Assembly (NCBI GenBank): GCA_054661495.1
Contig: BAAFSQ010000083.1
Coordinates: forward strand, 6,302-38,301
DNA length: 32,000 bases
Direction: 5' to 3'
From: Zygophlyctis sp. KS116
Taxonomy: Eukaryota; Fungi; Chytridiomycota
Below, piece after piece: positions 12,281 through 23,074 of the stretch. Numbering within the stretch: position 1 is the stretch's first letter; each line of letters begins with the position of its first letter. Position numbers and translations under genes: made by a program. The notes under the pieces were generated by a model. That model was not told the DNA's origin, ran no database searches, and saw only the letters and a program-made list of their open reading frames with translations.

Positions 12281-13017
12281 ATGCAATTAAATGTTTCTCA
12301 ACTCAATTTTTCTCAATTAAATGTTGATCCGTCGGCAGCGGTGATCCCTCCTCAGCCCAATGCAGCCATTGTGAGTCAAGAGAAAAATTCATTACATAAT
12401 GTAACATCGCCTACAACTGCAAGTACATTTTATTCTCTAAATTAATAGCGCCATGGACGGTTGGTATAATTATTAGAGATTTTGCTTATAAAGACTCTAG
12501 GCATCATGGAATTTATCCAAAAGGTCAATCAATGGAACAAGACTTGGAATTACCCATTCAAGGACAAGATTTGCTGGTAATTTTAAGAGTTTTGGAATCG
12601 GACTTGTCTAGAGTTTTAGGAGTATCTGTTTTATTATCTACAGTAATTTCTAATTTTAATCATTCTGCTCAACATGAATTAGAAATGGACGTTGAATTTG
12701 GTCAGGAATTAATTGTAATTGATAAAGGTTCAACATCAACTGAAATTAAAAATAATGAATCTGGACTAGATAGATGGGCGTCAATGGATGATGAGGAAGA
12801 AAATTGTATTTTACAAGTTAATTATGAACCTGAATTAAAGGATTTTGCTGATACTATTACAGGTTTTCAGGATCAAAAAGAAGAGTGTTTCTTGTGTCTA
12901 AGGCTCAAGGTGAATGGGCATTTACAAGGTGTTGGAAGTTCATTAAGAGGAAAAGCAAAAGTAGAATTACAAGATATTGGATTGATTCCAAATGAATATA
13001 GAACATGTAAGAACTGA
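12281..13017 (+). CDS. Nbp2-like protein with a degenerate, insertion-split SH3 domain, about 236 aa
   Basis: ATG at 12281 and a 26-nt intron at 12423-12448 are in frame with ORF 12532. IRDFAYKDSRHHG resembles the Nbp2 N-terminal motif. SH3-like segments are VISNFNHSAQHELEMDVEFGQELIVID and GLIPNEY. Confidence 0.6.
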
Positions 13018-13032
13018 TTAGTATCATGTATT

Positions 13033-13500
13033 TTAAACGAATAATATAAACATTGTGTATAACAATACTGTTGGCAATGTAGTTTTAGCTGATCCTTTTA
13101 GAGAATAACTTTCCATGTCTGCTTCTCTGCTGTATTGAAAATCAGATCCATTACATACTCTTTTAATCGTAATATCAGGTGTGATTGTCCACATTGACTC
13201 TTGTCCGTCTACTGATAAACTCAACTTTATTGCTTGATCGTTAATATTTGTTAAAGAGTTATTTCTTAATCCGAATGATTTATAGATTTCAGGTGAGATT
13301 GAGACTCCAATCAGATTATATTGAGATTGGAAATAGAATACATCGGATCCTTGTGAATTGATCTTGACTTGAGGTGTAGAATCGTAATTAAAGCTCTTGA
13401 TCCATAAATGTCCATTGCTAAATGCTAAATTCTTATCAATGCAGTTTGAATTGTATGTAATGGATGCGTCAATTTCTGATATATCTCTCATTTGCGTCAC
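13033..13500 (-). CDS. Hypothetical protein, possibly GPI-anchored; 5' end unresolved
   Basis: 155-codon ORF ending in small residues plus a hydrophobic tail (GSAKTTLPTVLLYTMFILFV*). No signal-peptide exon could be assigned confidently. Confidence 0.5.
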   Translation of the reverse strand: MTQMRDISEIDASITYNSNCIDKNLAFSNGHLWIKSFNYDSTPQVKINSQGSDVFYFQSQYNLIGVSISPEIYKSFGLRNNSLTNINDQAIKLSLSVDGQESMWTITPDITIKRVCNGSDFQYSREADMESYSLKGSAKTTLPTVLLYTMFILFV

Positions 13501-13648
13501 TGGACGTCTGTTCCACCTCGGTCTATTGGGTCATCATTCTAAAAATAGCTGCTGCGACAGTACCAAAAACAAACGTAATTTATTCGACCATCAAAAATGC
13601 TCTACTAATCCTCATCTACATATTATTATTGATTCCAAGTCAAGTGAT

Positions 13649-16600
13649 CTAAGGCTCTGAATCGTCCACACTGCTTCGATCCAGAAAATCAGGAACAGAT
13701 ACGCGCCGATTGGGATTTTTTCTGCTTGATAGAATAGGGGTTTTTACAGGAGATTTTAATACAGATGAGTTTGCCTCATCGCTAAGGCTTTGAAGAGAGT
13801 TTTCTTGATCATTTGAACTTTTCCCCATCTTCCTCTGGTTAGATATATTCAGTCCATTATCATCAAAAAACTTTTGAATCACTCGATTCATGGAATATTC
13901 TACACAATTTTTTGTAAGCAATTTATCTACTGATTTCTGATCCATGATAATTATTGGGGATTTTTGAATTTTTCCGTAATTCGCAATGTCCGGTAATATA
14001 TCTGGACCATTTCCTGTAGTGGCAGAGAAAGGCTTAAAAAAAGACATGATGTCTTTTTGCTGCTGGAGTATTTAATAAAAAATTATGCTTACCATCTTTC
14101 TGTCAGATTCGTTAAAAGCATATTTACATGGCTTCATTGTAGATTTTTTCTTTGCATCAGACATAATGTCTACCTAAATTTTACTCAATCCAGTCATTCT
14201 TACTGCTTTGGATTCTGAGTCGTTACATGGTTTAGAAAGTGATTCTAGCTCATTATTCTATCAGATTAGTAAATTATCTGAAGCATACTGTGCATATATC
14301 CATTTTGTCTACTGTTTGAACTTGATCCACCAGTGCGGTTTCTGATAATGTAATTTCGGACATTTGTGGCCTAGAGGTCACAACTGACGATGAATCTTGT
14401 TCAATTGAATTATTTACAGAATCTTTTTCTTGAGATTCGTGGTCAATATTATGTTCTAAATTCGGAAGCGACCTTCTTTTATGCATTCGACTTGATGCTG
14501 CTAGTTCAAGATCGAGGTCCAGAGCTGCAGTACAGTCCTCCCCCTGTAACCAATTCGGCTTAGATCTTCTTCTACCGGATCTTCTCGTTTGATCTTCTAG
14601 ATAAAAGGCTTTATCCAATTGATAGTAATAATCATCCACGGCACTAGTCGATGTGCGCTTTTTTACTTTAGGCAACTTCTTTCTTTTCACCAAAGGATTT
14701 TTAAAGTCAGAATCAGATTGTTCAGCTGCTAAATTTTTATCATCGTCAATGGTGGCTGTCTCATGCATATCCTCCGTTTCGGGCTTTCTCTTGCGAGTGT
14801 TTTTAGCCGATCTCGATTTAGCCTTATCATCAACTTGGACTTCCTCCTTAGAAGCCGAAATTTCATTAGAATTCAACATATACTCTTCTACATTGGTGTT
14901 TGATTTTCGTTTTTTTCGAGATGATTTTGATTTGATATCGGCTTCTAACTTTTCTGTAGAAACCTCATTATATAAATCTATTGCTTTTTCATCATTAACT
15001 TGATTGTTCATTGTTTTAATTTCATTTGAGCACGATATATACTCTTTATCCAAAATCTAATGGTTCAAAACTGTAAAAAATTACTATGAGAGCTGCTGAT
15101 AAACTATTTTGGGACTTCCTTGAATTTGGAGAAGTTAAAATAGGATTCAGCTATATTGGTAAAAAATATTTTAAGTACCAAAGGGTCTGAAATCTCCATT
15201 TTATCATCATCTGATTCTTTGGCAATACGAGAGAAAAATGACAAGATGTTTCCATTTTTAGATTTGTTTCGAATATTTGATCCTAAATTCGACAACTTTA
15301 AACTAGCGAATTTCTTGAATGATGATTCAGGATCCGATTGTTTGAATTTTCGAGAATCAGAAAAATCGTTTCCAGGCCGGAATCGTATTGAAGACTTTGC
15401 AGAGCTCGGAGGAGCAAAGCTTTGATCAGCAACATCTGTTTCAGCAGTTTGTTTCTTCTGTTGTTAAATATATTTAAAAATCACACCCTGTATATTCTTG
15501 GAGGCTTTCTTTTATCCAAATTTTCTTTTCTAGCAGACTTTTTTGCTTTCTTCATATACCGGTTGTTCATTTCAAGCAACCTTTCTCTTTCCAATTCTTT
15601 GATTCGATTTTGCCGTGCAAGGTCTCTTTCTCTCCACGCCTTCCATCTCATCTTACCAGAAACAACCCCTGTAACTAGAAACTCTTTAGCAAGTCTCATT
15701 GGCTTATCATCTTGTTCCAGAAACCTAGGGTCTTCGGCTTGTATATTACGGAAAATAGTATCTTCCTTTTGAACCTTTAAACTTGAATATAAGCTTTAAA
15801 TGAGAATTACAATGAGTGGTCCTCAAAATATCTGATCACTTCTTCGTCCTCGTCAACATTTTTGAAAATAGAGACATCAACCTCATCTTTTGGTATGCTA
15901 ATTGCCGGCCAAAAAGCACCACCATCTCCAAGGTGAATCACCACAAGCTTCTTGGCAAATTCAACTAACAATAAATGAACATAAACATACTAGAATCTGG
16001 GAAATCGGGGCCCGGATCAATCGGCACTATTTCCTCAATATCTTCGTCGGAATCTTCGTCCGATTCAAAAGTACTATATCTATCCTCGAACTTGAAAAGT
16101 TTTGTAATATCAAATCGTTTTACACCATTGGAGAGCTTAAGCAACTTGAGTTGCTTACGAATTGCTAGCATTGAAGTCTATCATCATTTGCAAAATTAAA
16201 TTACATAAATTTCAAAGCAAATTTCTCCATTGTGACGCATCTTTGTAATTGGTTTTCTCGAGGGGAATGGCATATTAAAGATGAGTAAATGACGTACACA
16301 GCGAACACAAGGATCAAGAGACGTATCACTGCCAGCTGAAGATCCCATTTCAGAATGTGGAGTATGGCAACAAATGCATCTAGTCATTCTCCTAAGATCC
16401 TCCAATTCCTTTTTCCTAATCTTTAAATGTTCGCCGAAATTAGGTATGTCATAGTAGTTAAAATTAGCCGCTCTGGCAGTAGCTGCTCGAGCTTTTACAG
16501 AGCCTAGTAAAGCCCCTTCACCAAAATTTTCTATTTCTGAATCTGCTATCAAGTCTTTTCCAGCAAAACCATTTCTTTGAAATCTAAAAGATTAAAAGAG

Positions 16601-17926
16601 AAAATAAAACTACTTTTCACAAGTCACGCATAAACATTCTTGATTGTTAACCCCAAAATAATTGGCTGAATAAAAAGTCGTGATTTCTTCTCCCACTTTA
16701 ATCGGTTTGACCACTTTAAAAGACACAATATTTGTATTCATATTGATAAACTAATATTATAATTCAGCATATACCTTTGTATTTGCTTGACAATCATGAT
16801 TGACAAATCGTGCAGGACCAAGAAATAAACACATGCACTTTTTCTTTGTAGAGTACATTACACTAAAATCTCTATTCTTGAGTGCCAGCTCATCTTCTCT
16901 AGATAATTCTGCAATTACTCCTGTACAAGCTTTAATTTGATCACCAGGATTCCAATCTTGCGTTGCAACCAGTTTTGCTTCTGCCTTTTCAGAACTACTA
17001 TACCTAAAAGTCCTGTTAATCTCAAACCCAGCATTTGGAAGATAAACCATTAAATATCTACATAAATGCCTATCATTAAATAATTCTAATATACTCTTTT
17101 AGCAACATTTCCTCCCTTTCCGTTAAACCATTCTTAAGAGTCTGTGAATATTTACTCTGCAGTCGCGATAAAGCAATTTCAAACAAGTAATTTTCTTCTG
17201 GGGAAGAATCTCTAGTTTTAAGTCTAATTTTTAGTATAATTTCGCACATACTCATTCAAAACCAGAGGATCTTTTAAAATTTGAATCAATTGATTAGCCG
17301 AATCTTCCACCTCCTTTTTTGTAAGAATATTATTCCTAATAAAAAAAGTTAAAATGACTGCCAAAGCCTCACTTGAAGTCAGCGACTCATAGATACTATC
17401 ATCTGGAATCAATGCCAACTCCTCTCTTTGAACTTTTTTCTCTAATTCTTCTGCCTGATCTGCATCCCTTGACTCTTTTAGACCATTTTCCTCTAAATCA
17501 TTTCCATTTAGAGTCTCGAAAGCCTGCATAGTCTGATTTTCAATTACATTTTCGTGTCTAGTCTCTTGCTCCAACTCGTGATTTTCTTGTAAAAATTGTA
17601 TACTTGAATCCGTTTCCTGTGCTATTACTTTTTCCTTTAAAGAATTATCAATTTCTAAAGAATCTAAAGACTCTTGCACTATATTTTCTATATTCTGAGA
17701 ATTTTCTAGAATTCCATCAGTCTCTTGTAGAGCTATATTTAGAATGAATAATATTACCGCTATGCATGAATTTATGAGTTTCAAATCCCAAAAACATTGT
17801 ATCCAACAAGAGCGAAGAACATAAATCATCAAAAACCGATAATTCAGCATATGGATATCCAGCATCAGCCTTTCTCCTTCCTTCTCGAACAATCTTTTCT
17901 TGAATTACTTGGTCTGCAGTTTCCAT
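13649..17926 (-). CDS. SET9: Histone H4K20 methyltransferase Set9/SUV4-20 (KMT5) with Zn motif, PWWP-like domain and long tail, about 1295 aa, 15 exons
   Basis: Introns at 17733-17757, 17224-17251, 17070-17094, 16751-16774, 16584-16613, 16178-16204, 15965-15990, 15782-15810, 15458-15486, 15151-15178, 15057-15084, 14258-14288, 14174-14203 and 14063-14092 give one open frame of 3888 nt. Motifs: [46 protein letters not shown], post-[11 protein letters not shown] and fungal-Set9-type CVRCVRH..FNMPFP. Confidence 0.92.
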
Positions 17927-17995
17927 TTTTAATATGTTGTAATAGGAATTATAATTTATAATTTATTATTATTCTTGGGCGGAGGAATTTCAAGA

Positions 17996-18003
17996 ACGCG
18001 AAA
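17996..18003. promoter_or_regulatory. Candidate SBF/E2F-type element ACGCGAAA in the divergent Set9/Caprin-like promoter
   Basis: Exact SCB core CGCGAAA about 70 bp upstream of the Set9 ATG, in otherwise CpG-poor DNA. Confidence 0.35.
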
Positions 18004-18247
18004 CGAACGGCCTGATCAGCCATGCGATTTGAATGCGATTTCAAAACAATTCTTAGCAATTCTTACAAAGGCTAGGATTAAACCAATCATGCATCATTTG
18101 ACACATTGCATAAATGAATAAACAATAAACCATGAATAGATCATTGTCTGTTTTAGGTCTACAGAGTTTGCGTTTCAGTTCAGTTTAATGACTAGCGGCT
18201 AGATAGTAGTGTCCAGTGTCCAGGACTCATCCGCAGGAAACAGAAAA

Positions 18248-18892
18248 ATGACTTTGGAAAATGGATCTGAGAATTGCGGATCTGATGCTGCTGATAGAGA
18301 TCAGAAATCTCAAATTCTAGATGCTGTCGGTAAACGTCTTCGGACACTCAAAAAGAAATTACAGAAAATACAAAAGTATGAAACTTCTATTTCTACTCTT
18401 AATCCTGATCAAGTACAAGCCATAGAGAAAAAAGATGCAATATTATTAGCAATAAAGGAATTAGAAGAATTAAATAAATCTCTAGAGTCTATTCAATTAG
18501 AAATGGATCTGGCTCAATTGGAAATGTCTGAAAATAGAGAAAAAGAAATTTTGGCTAAAATAGATGATGCTGTTCAAGAAGCAAAGAAAATTCCAAAATC
18601 TTCAACTTGCACTTTATTAAAATGGATCGGACTACTTAATGATAGATTAGAACCTGCTGAATTTTATTTAGAATCAAACTTGTTTATTTGTCTATCCTCT
18701 CTACATAAAGTATTATGTTCAGATCAGGGATATGATATAGCTCAGTCTTTATTAAATCACTCAAAATCTGAATTTTTGGGATATACTTTTGAATATTTAG
18801 TCAAGACTATTGAATCTCTAACTCTACCAGTAAAGTCTGATAAAATGTCTTTTATGACTAGTGAAATAAGTAAGTTTTTAAAGAGATCATGA
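18248..18892 (+). CDS. Caprin-like coiled-coil protein
   Basis: KRLRTLKKKLQKIQKYE...LNPDQVQAIEKKD...IKELEEL resembles the Caprin HR1 coiled coil. First ATG is at 18248. A GTAAGT at 18870 suggests a possible alternative last exon. Confidence 0.55.
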   Translation: MTLENGSENCGSDAADRDQKSQILDAVGKRLRTLKKKLQKIQKYETSISTLNPDQVQAIEKKDAILLAIKELEELNKSLESIQLEMDLAQLEMSENREKEILAKIDDAVQEAKKIPKSSTCTLLKWIGLLNDRLEPAEFYLESNLFICLSSLHKVLCSDQGYDIAQSLLNHSKSEFLGYTFEYLVKTIESLTLPVKSDKMSFMTSEISKFLKRS

Positions 18893-19012
18893 TGAATTTA
18901 ATTCGATTAGTCTTAAAGACAATGCCATGGTTATAAATACTAAATTCTGAATCTCTATGCTCCTAAAACTAAAACTTAGAAAAAAACAAGTTATCAGTCT
19001 CTCTACAGAAAA

Positions 19013-20858
19013 ATGTCAAATAAAAGTGTATCAGCTTCTGATGCGAATAAGTTAGCCTCGCAAATGATGTCTTTTGGTTTACAGGATGAGATTTTAAGTC
19101 CAATTAATGAGTCTTGTTTAAAAGATGTAAGATTTACAGTCTTATAATAGGAAATTCTAGAGAGGAAATGGTTGTCTTGGCTGAAAGAGAATTTAGGATC
19201 TGGAGAGATTTTACTGGAAATTGGGAGGGAAAATGGGTCTGCATTGAACTTTACGATTCAGGAATTTGAAAAGATTTATAATGATATTTCTCTAGCATCG
19301 TTGGAAATTTCTGCACATTCTGTACTGTTACATTCTACAATTGTTGATAAAAATATTAAATTTGGATATATTCTCGTTCGAAAGACGCCAGGTACTTGAA
19401 ATGTGACTTGAAAAATTAGGAAATGTTACAGAAATTCCTGAACTAAGGATATGTGTCGTTGGGAATGTAGATTCTGGGAAATCTACTTCACTAGGTGTTC
19501 TTACAAAGGATGTTTTAGATGATGGAAGGGGGAAAGCTAGAGTGAATTTATTCAAACATAAGCATGAAATTGAGTCTGGAAGAACTTCTTCTATTGGTTA
19601 TGAAATTATGGGGTTTGATGAACAATGTAGAGTTATAACTCCTACAACTCTTGGAAAAACTAAAATTAATTGGGATGATATTTGTGTGAATGCATCAAAG
19701 GTGATTACTTTTATAGATTTGGCTGGTCATGCAAGATATTTAAAGACAACTGTGGCAGGAATGACTGGAAATGCTCCGGATTTTGTAATGTTGATTGTAG
19801 GTTCAAATTCTGGAATTATTGGAATGACTAAAGGTAGTTGAGAAAAGGTTAATTTTTAGAACATTTGGTTCTAGCTTTGGCTCTTCAAGTTCCGGTTTTT
19901 GTAGTTATTACAAAAGTAGATATGTGTCCAAAAAATATTTTAGAACAAACAATTAAGCAAGTTACAAAGATTTTGAGATCTTCAGGTAAGTGATATTTGA
20001 TTTTATTCTAGGTGTACGCAAAGTTCCTGTTTTTATTAACAATATTGAAGATGTTTGCATGACTGCTAAAAATTTTATATCAGAAAGGTAATAGAGTTTA
20101 GATAATTATAGAATATGTCCAGTTTTTCAGGTTTCTAATGTTTCGGGAATAGGATTGGATCTTGTAAAAACATTTCTGAATCTTTTACAAGGGAATAGAT
20201 CAATTGAAAAATTCGACTCTTCACAGCCCTTGGAATATAGGATAAATGATACATTTAGTGTAACTGGAGTTGGAACTGTTGTTGCAGGGACTATAATGTC
20301 TGGTATAAAACCTTTTTTTTATAGTTTAGGAACAGTTCAAGTTGGAGATATTCTTCTTCTTGGTCCGGATGTAAATGGTGCATTTACTCCCACTCTTATT
20401 AAATCTATACAGAGAAAAAGAGTTAGCGTACCCCATGCTGTAGCAGGACAATCAGTATCTTTTGCGTTGAAAAAGGTTAAAAGATCCAATATTAAGAAAG
20501 GAATGATTCTAGCAAGGTAAATAGATTTATGGCTAAATTTAGTAAATCCTTAAAACCAATTGCAGTCATGGAATTTGAAGCAGAAGTTTTAGTTTTGTAT
20601 CACTCTACAACCATGGCATGTAAATACCAAGCAATGGTTCATTGTGGAGCAGTTCGGCAGAGTGCGAGAATAATTTCAATGGACAGGGAGTTCATTAGGA
20701 CGGGTGATCGTGCATTCATCCGATTTCAGTTTGTACAACACCCCGAGTATCTTAAAATTGGATCACTAATGGTATTTCGTGAAGGTATTTATAGGCATTA
20801 GTAAATCTTAGGACTCACAAAGGGAATAGGAAGAGTAACAAGAATTTTTGTAGAATAG
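19013..20858 (+). CDS. GTPBP1: GTPBP1/GTPBP2-family translational GTPase, about 545 aa
   Basis: Eight introns: 19127-19150, 19392-19419, 19834-19859, 19986-20011, 20088-20111, 20303-20329, 20517-20542 and 20785-20811. Motifs: [39 protein letters not shown] and EF-Tu-like domains II/III. Confidence 0.92.
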
Positions 20859-21053
20859 ATTTCTTTTCTTGTCATAGTTTAGACCGGTTTTACGTGGAAT
20901 TCGATCATGATTGAGTATTTCAAACAGTTTTGTGTGGGATAAGTGATCCATCCTCTTCCGGGAAGTATAAATCCATAGAATAAGGCGGATAAAGTCAGAT
21001 TGATCAAACTCTTGAATGCGCCTATTAACTCACGAATTTTTTACTTTTGGGCC

Positions 21054-21779
21054 ATGGAAAGTATTACTTTGACTGTCTCTCACGGTAAGAATATATACAA
21101 GATCCCACTCTCCCCAACATCAAATGTTGCGAATCTTAAATCAGCCATAGAAATACAATCAGGCATTGCATCTTCTCTGCAAAAGCTGTTGGCAAAAGGA
21201 AGTCTTTTAAAAGATGATCAACCAGTTGGAAATTTTGGAGAAAAAACTAAAATCATTCTTATGGCTACTGCTAGTACAGATATTGCAAAGGTTGCGGCCG
21301 GTGCTCTCACAAGTATTGTTTCTCCTGCCGCATCAGCAACAGTTGTTGTAGAGTCTTGGACCGATAAGACTGTATTATATAATATCTTAAATTTAGGAAC
21401 ATTCTAAAATTCTTAGTAAAGGTATGCCTCCTGATGTAATGCCTGGGATCACTGGAATTAAGGAATCTCTTCCAGAGAGAGGAATTGTAGGATTATTGAA
21501 TAGCTATGGTACTAAAACTCGTCTAACTTTTAAATATGATGAATTAGTAATTGGAACAAGTGGTAATAAGTTTTATTAAAAATATTAGAAAGAACTCTTC
21601 CAGTACCATACGACTCTATTACATCTGTATCCTCTCAAGCTCTACCTGACAAGAAGGAGTATCATATACTTTGTCTACAGTTGGGACCTACTGAAAAGTC
21701 AAATTATTATCTATACTATGTTCCTGCTCAATATATTGAGGCGATTAAGGATGTGATCTTGGGAAGATTTCCATTCTGA
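21054..21779 (+). CDS. UBFD1: Ubiquitin-like domain protein of the UBFD1 family (UBL plus C-terminal PH-like domain), about 224 aa
   Basis: Introns at 21372-21396 and 21563-21588. N-terminal UBL (LQKLLAKGSLLKDD) and C-terminal HSKILSKGMPPDVMPG...KTRLTFK...LQLGPTEKSNYYLYYVPAQYIEAIKDVILG. Confidence 0.85.
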
Positions 21780-21850
21780 TTTTTCATGTAAAACTAGTAA
21801 AATAGGATAAGCTGATTTATTAATCTTGAAATTAGCTATGAGTTTTAACT

Positions 21851-22475
21851 TTATCTACTAAATGGATTAATAATCATAATACACACTTCCCTGATTCGGA
21901 TAACCATATTGATTAGCAGGATACTGTGATTGTGATCCTTGAGCATTGTAATAAGCATCTTGGTTATAGCTTTCAGGATAACTTTCCTGATAATTTGACT
22001 GGAATCCATACTGAGGCTGTGCCTGATAATAAGATGCTTCATCAACTTGTTGCTGACTGATGGATGATGCAGGATAAACAGATCGTTGAAGCGATGTTTG
22101 ATTTATATCTTGGACTGCTGCCTTTTGTCTTTCTATTTTTTGCTGTTGAACAAGGATTGCATTCTCTGCTTTTTTATTAGCATCTGCAACTTGAAGCAGA
22201 TCTACCGGTTTTTGATAATTTCTTGGTAGTGGCGCTGGCCCATTTAAATTTAAGTCCCCCTTTTCAAATCTATTCTTTTTCTGTCTAGAAGTATCTGGCC
22301 AGCAGCAACATCTAACAAACATGAAAATGATCAATAGTATTCCTATTGCAATAACTGCCCATCCCCAGGCAGGGACTTTAGCAATAACATTCTCAGCAGT
22401 TAGCGGGGAACAAACTTCTTTAATACACAATTGTCCAGTAGAACAATCGGCTTCTGAATTGCACTGTATAGGCAT
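21851..22475 (-). CDS. Uncharacterised single-pass membrane protein, short paralogue of the 7936 gene, about 200 aa
   Basis: MPIQCNSEADCSTGQLCIKEVC, a TM helix, RCCCW, GPAPLPRNYQKPVDLLQVA and a Y/Q-rich tail. It ends at 21867 if unspliced, or at 21851 if a tentative 25-nt intron at 21858-21882 is removed. Confidence 0.75.
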
Positions 22476-22560
22476 TTTTAAACAAGCTAAAAATAGAAGC
22501 GGCAACTCTGTATCACGAGAAACGGCCGCATGTTATAATTATAGAAACATTGTGATAAAA

Positions 22561-23074
22561 TTAGAATAAATCAAGTTTTTCAATATTTGCAATGCGTAAT
22601 GACCTCCTTTTATTTTTGATAAAGGGATCAGTAGTTGATTTAGAATTTTCAGATTTCTTTCTAGATTTACTAGTTTTGCACGACGAATCATTCGGCATTG
22701 ATTTTCTCTTTTTTATCTGTGTTTCTGAATGCTTTGTTGTTTTTTTAAATAGAAATATGTGCGGTTCAGGAGCATGAATCAAGTAATGTTCCCATCTATA
22801 TAATTAATAAAGATAAATAATACCCTGGCGATTGACAAATACCAATATATCGCCATTCATCATCCGATAGTAGCCTTTTCTTGAAATTATCATTAAGTGA
22901 ATAATAGAACTTTTTTGGAAGAATGACATGCCTTGAATGAATAATTGAGCGTTACCTGTATTCACAAAAGTCTGTGCAGTATTTATCAGAATATCTTATT
23001 TGTTTTTGAAAATCCTTGAGTTCCTTTGTTAGATCTTTTCGATGACAAAAGGGGGGAAGAGCTGTTTTAGTCAT
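22561..23074 (-). CDS. Second, divergent Cks-family protein with a basic C-terminal extension, 153 aa
   Basis: Introns at 22932-22955 and 22796-22823 give MTKTALPPF...IRYSDKYCTDFCEYRHVILPKK...[35 protein letters not shown] plus a tail of about 60 aa. Confidence 0.9.

Noticed and set aside
13397-13660. Two small plus-strand ORFs, one hydrophobic
   Set aside because: They overlap the 13033 ORF and the Set9 stop on the opposite strand and have no motif support. The region remains unresolved.
14653-16199. Plus-strand ORFs (14653, 15156, 15422, 15902, 15975)
   Set aside because: Antisense to Set9 exons.
18022-18042. Direct repeat ATGCGATTT x2 in the Set9 promoter
   Set aside because: Too short to distinguish from chance without comparative data.
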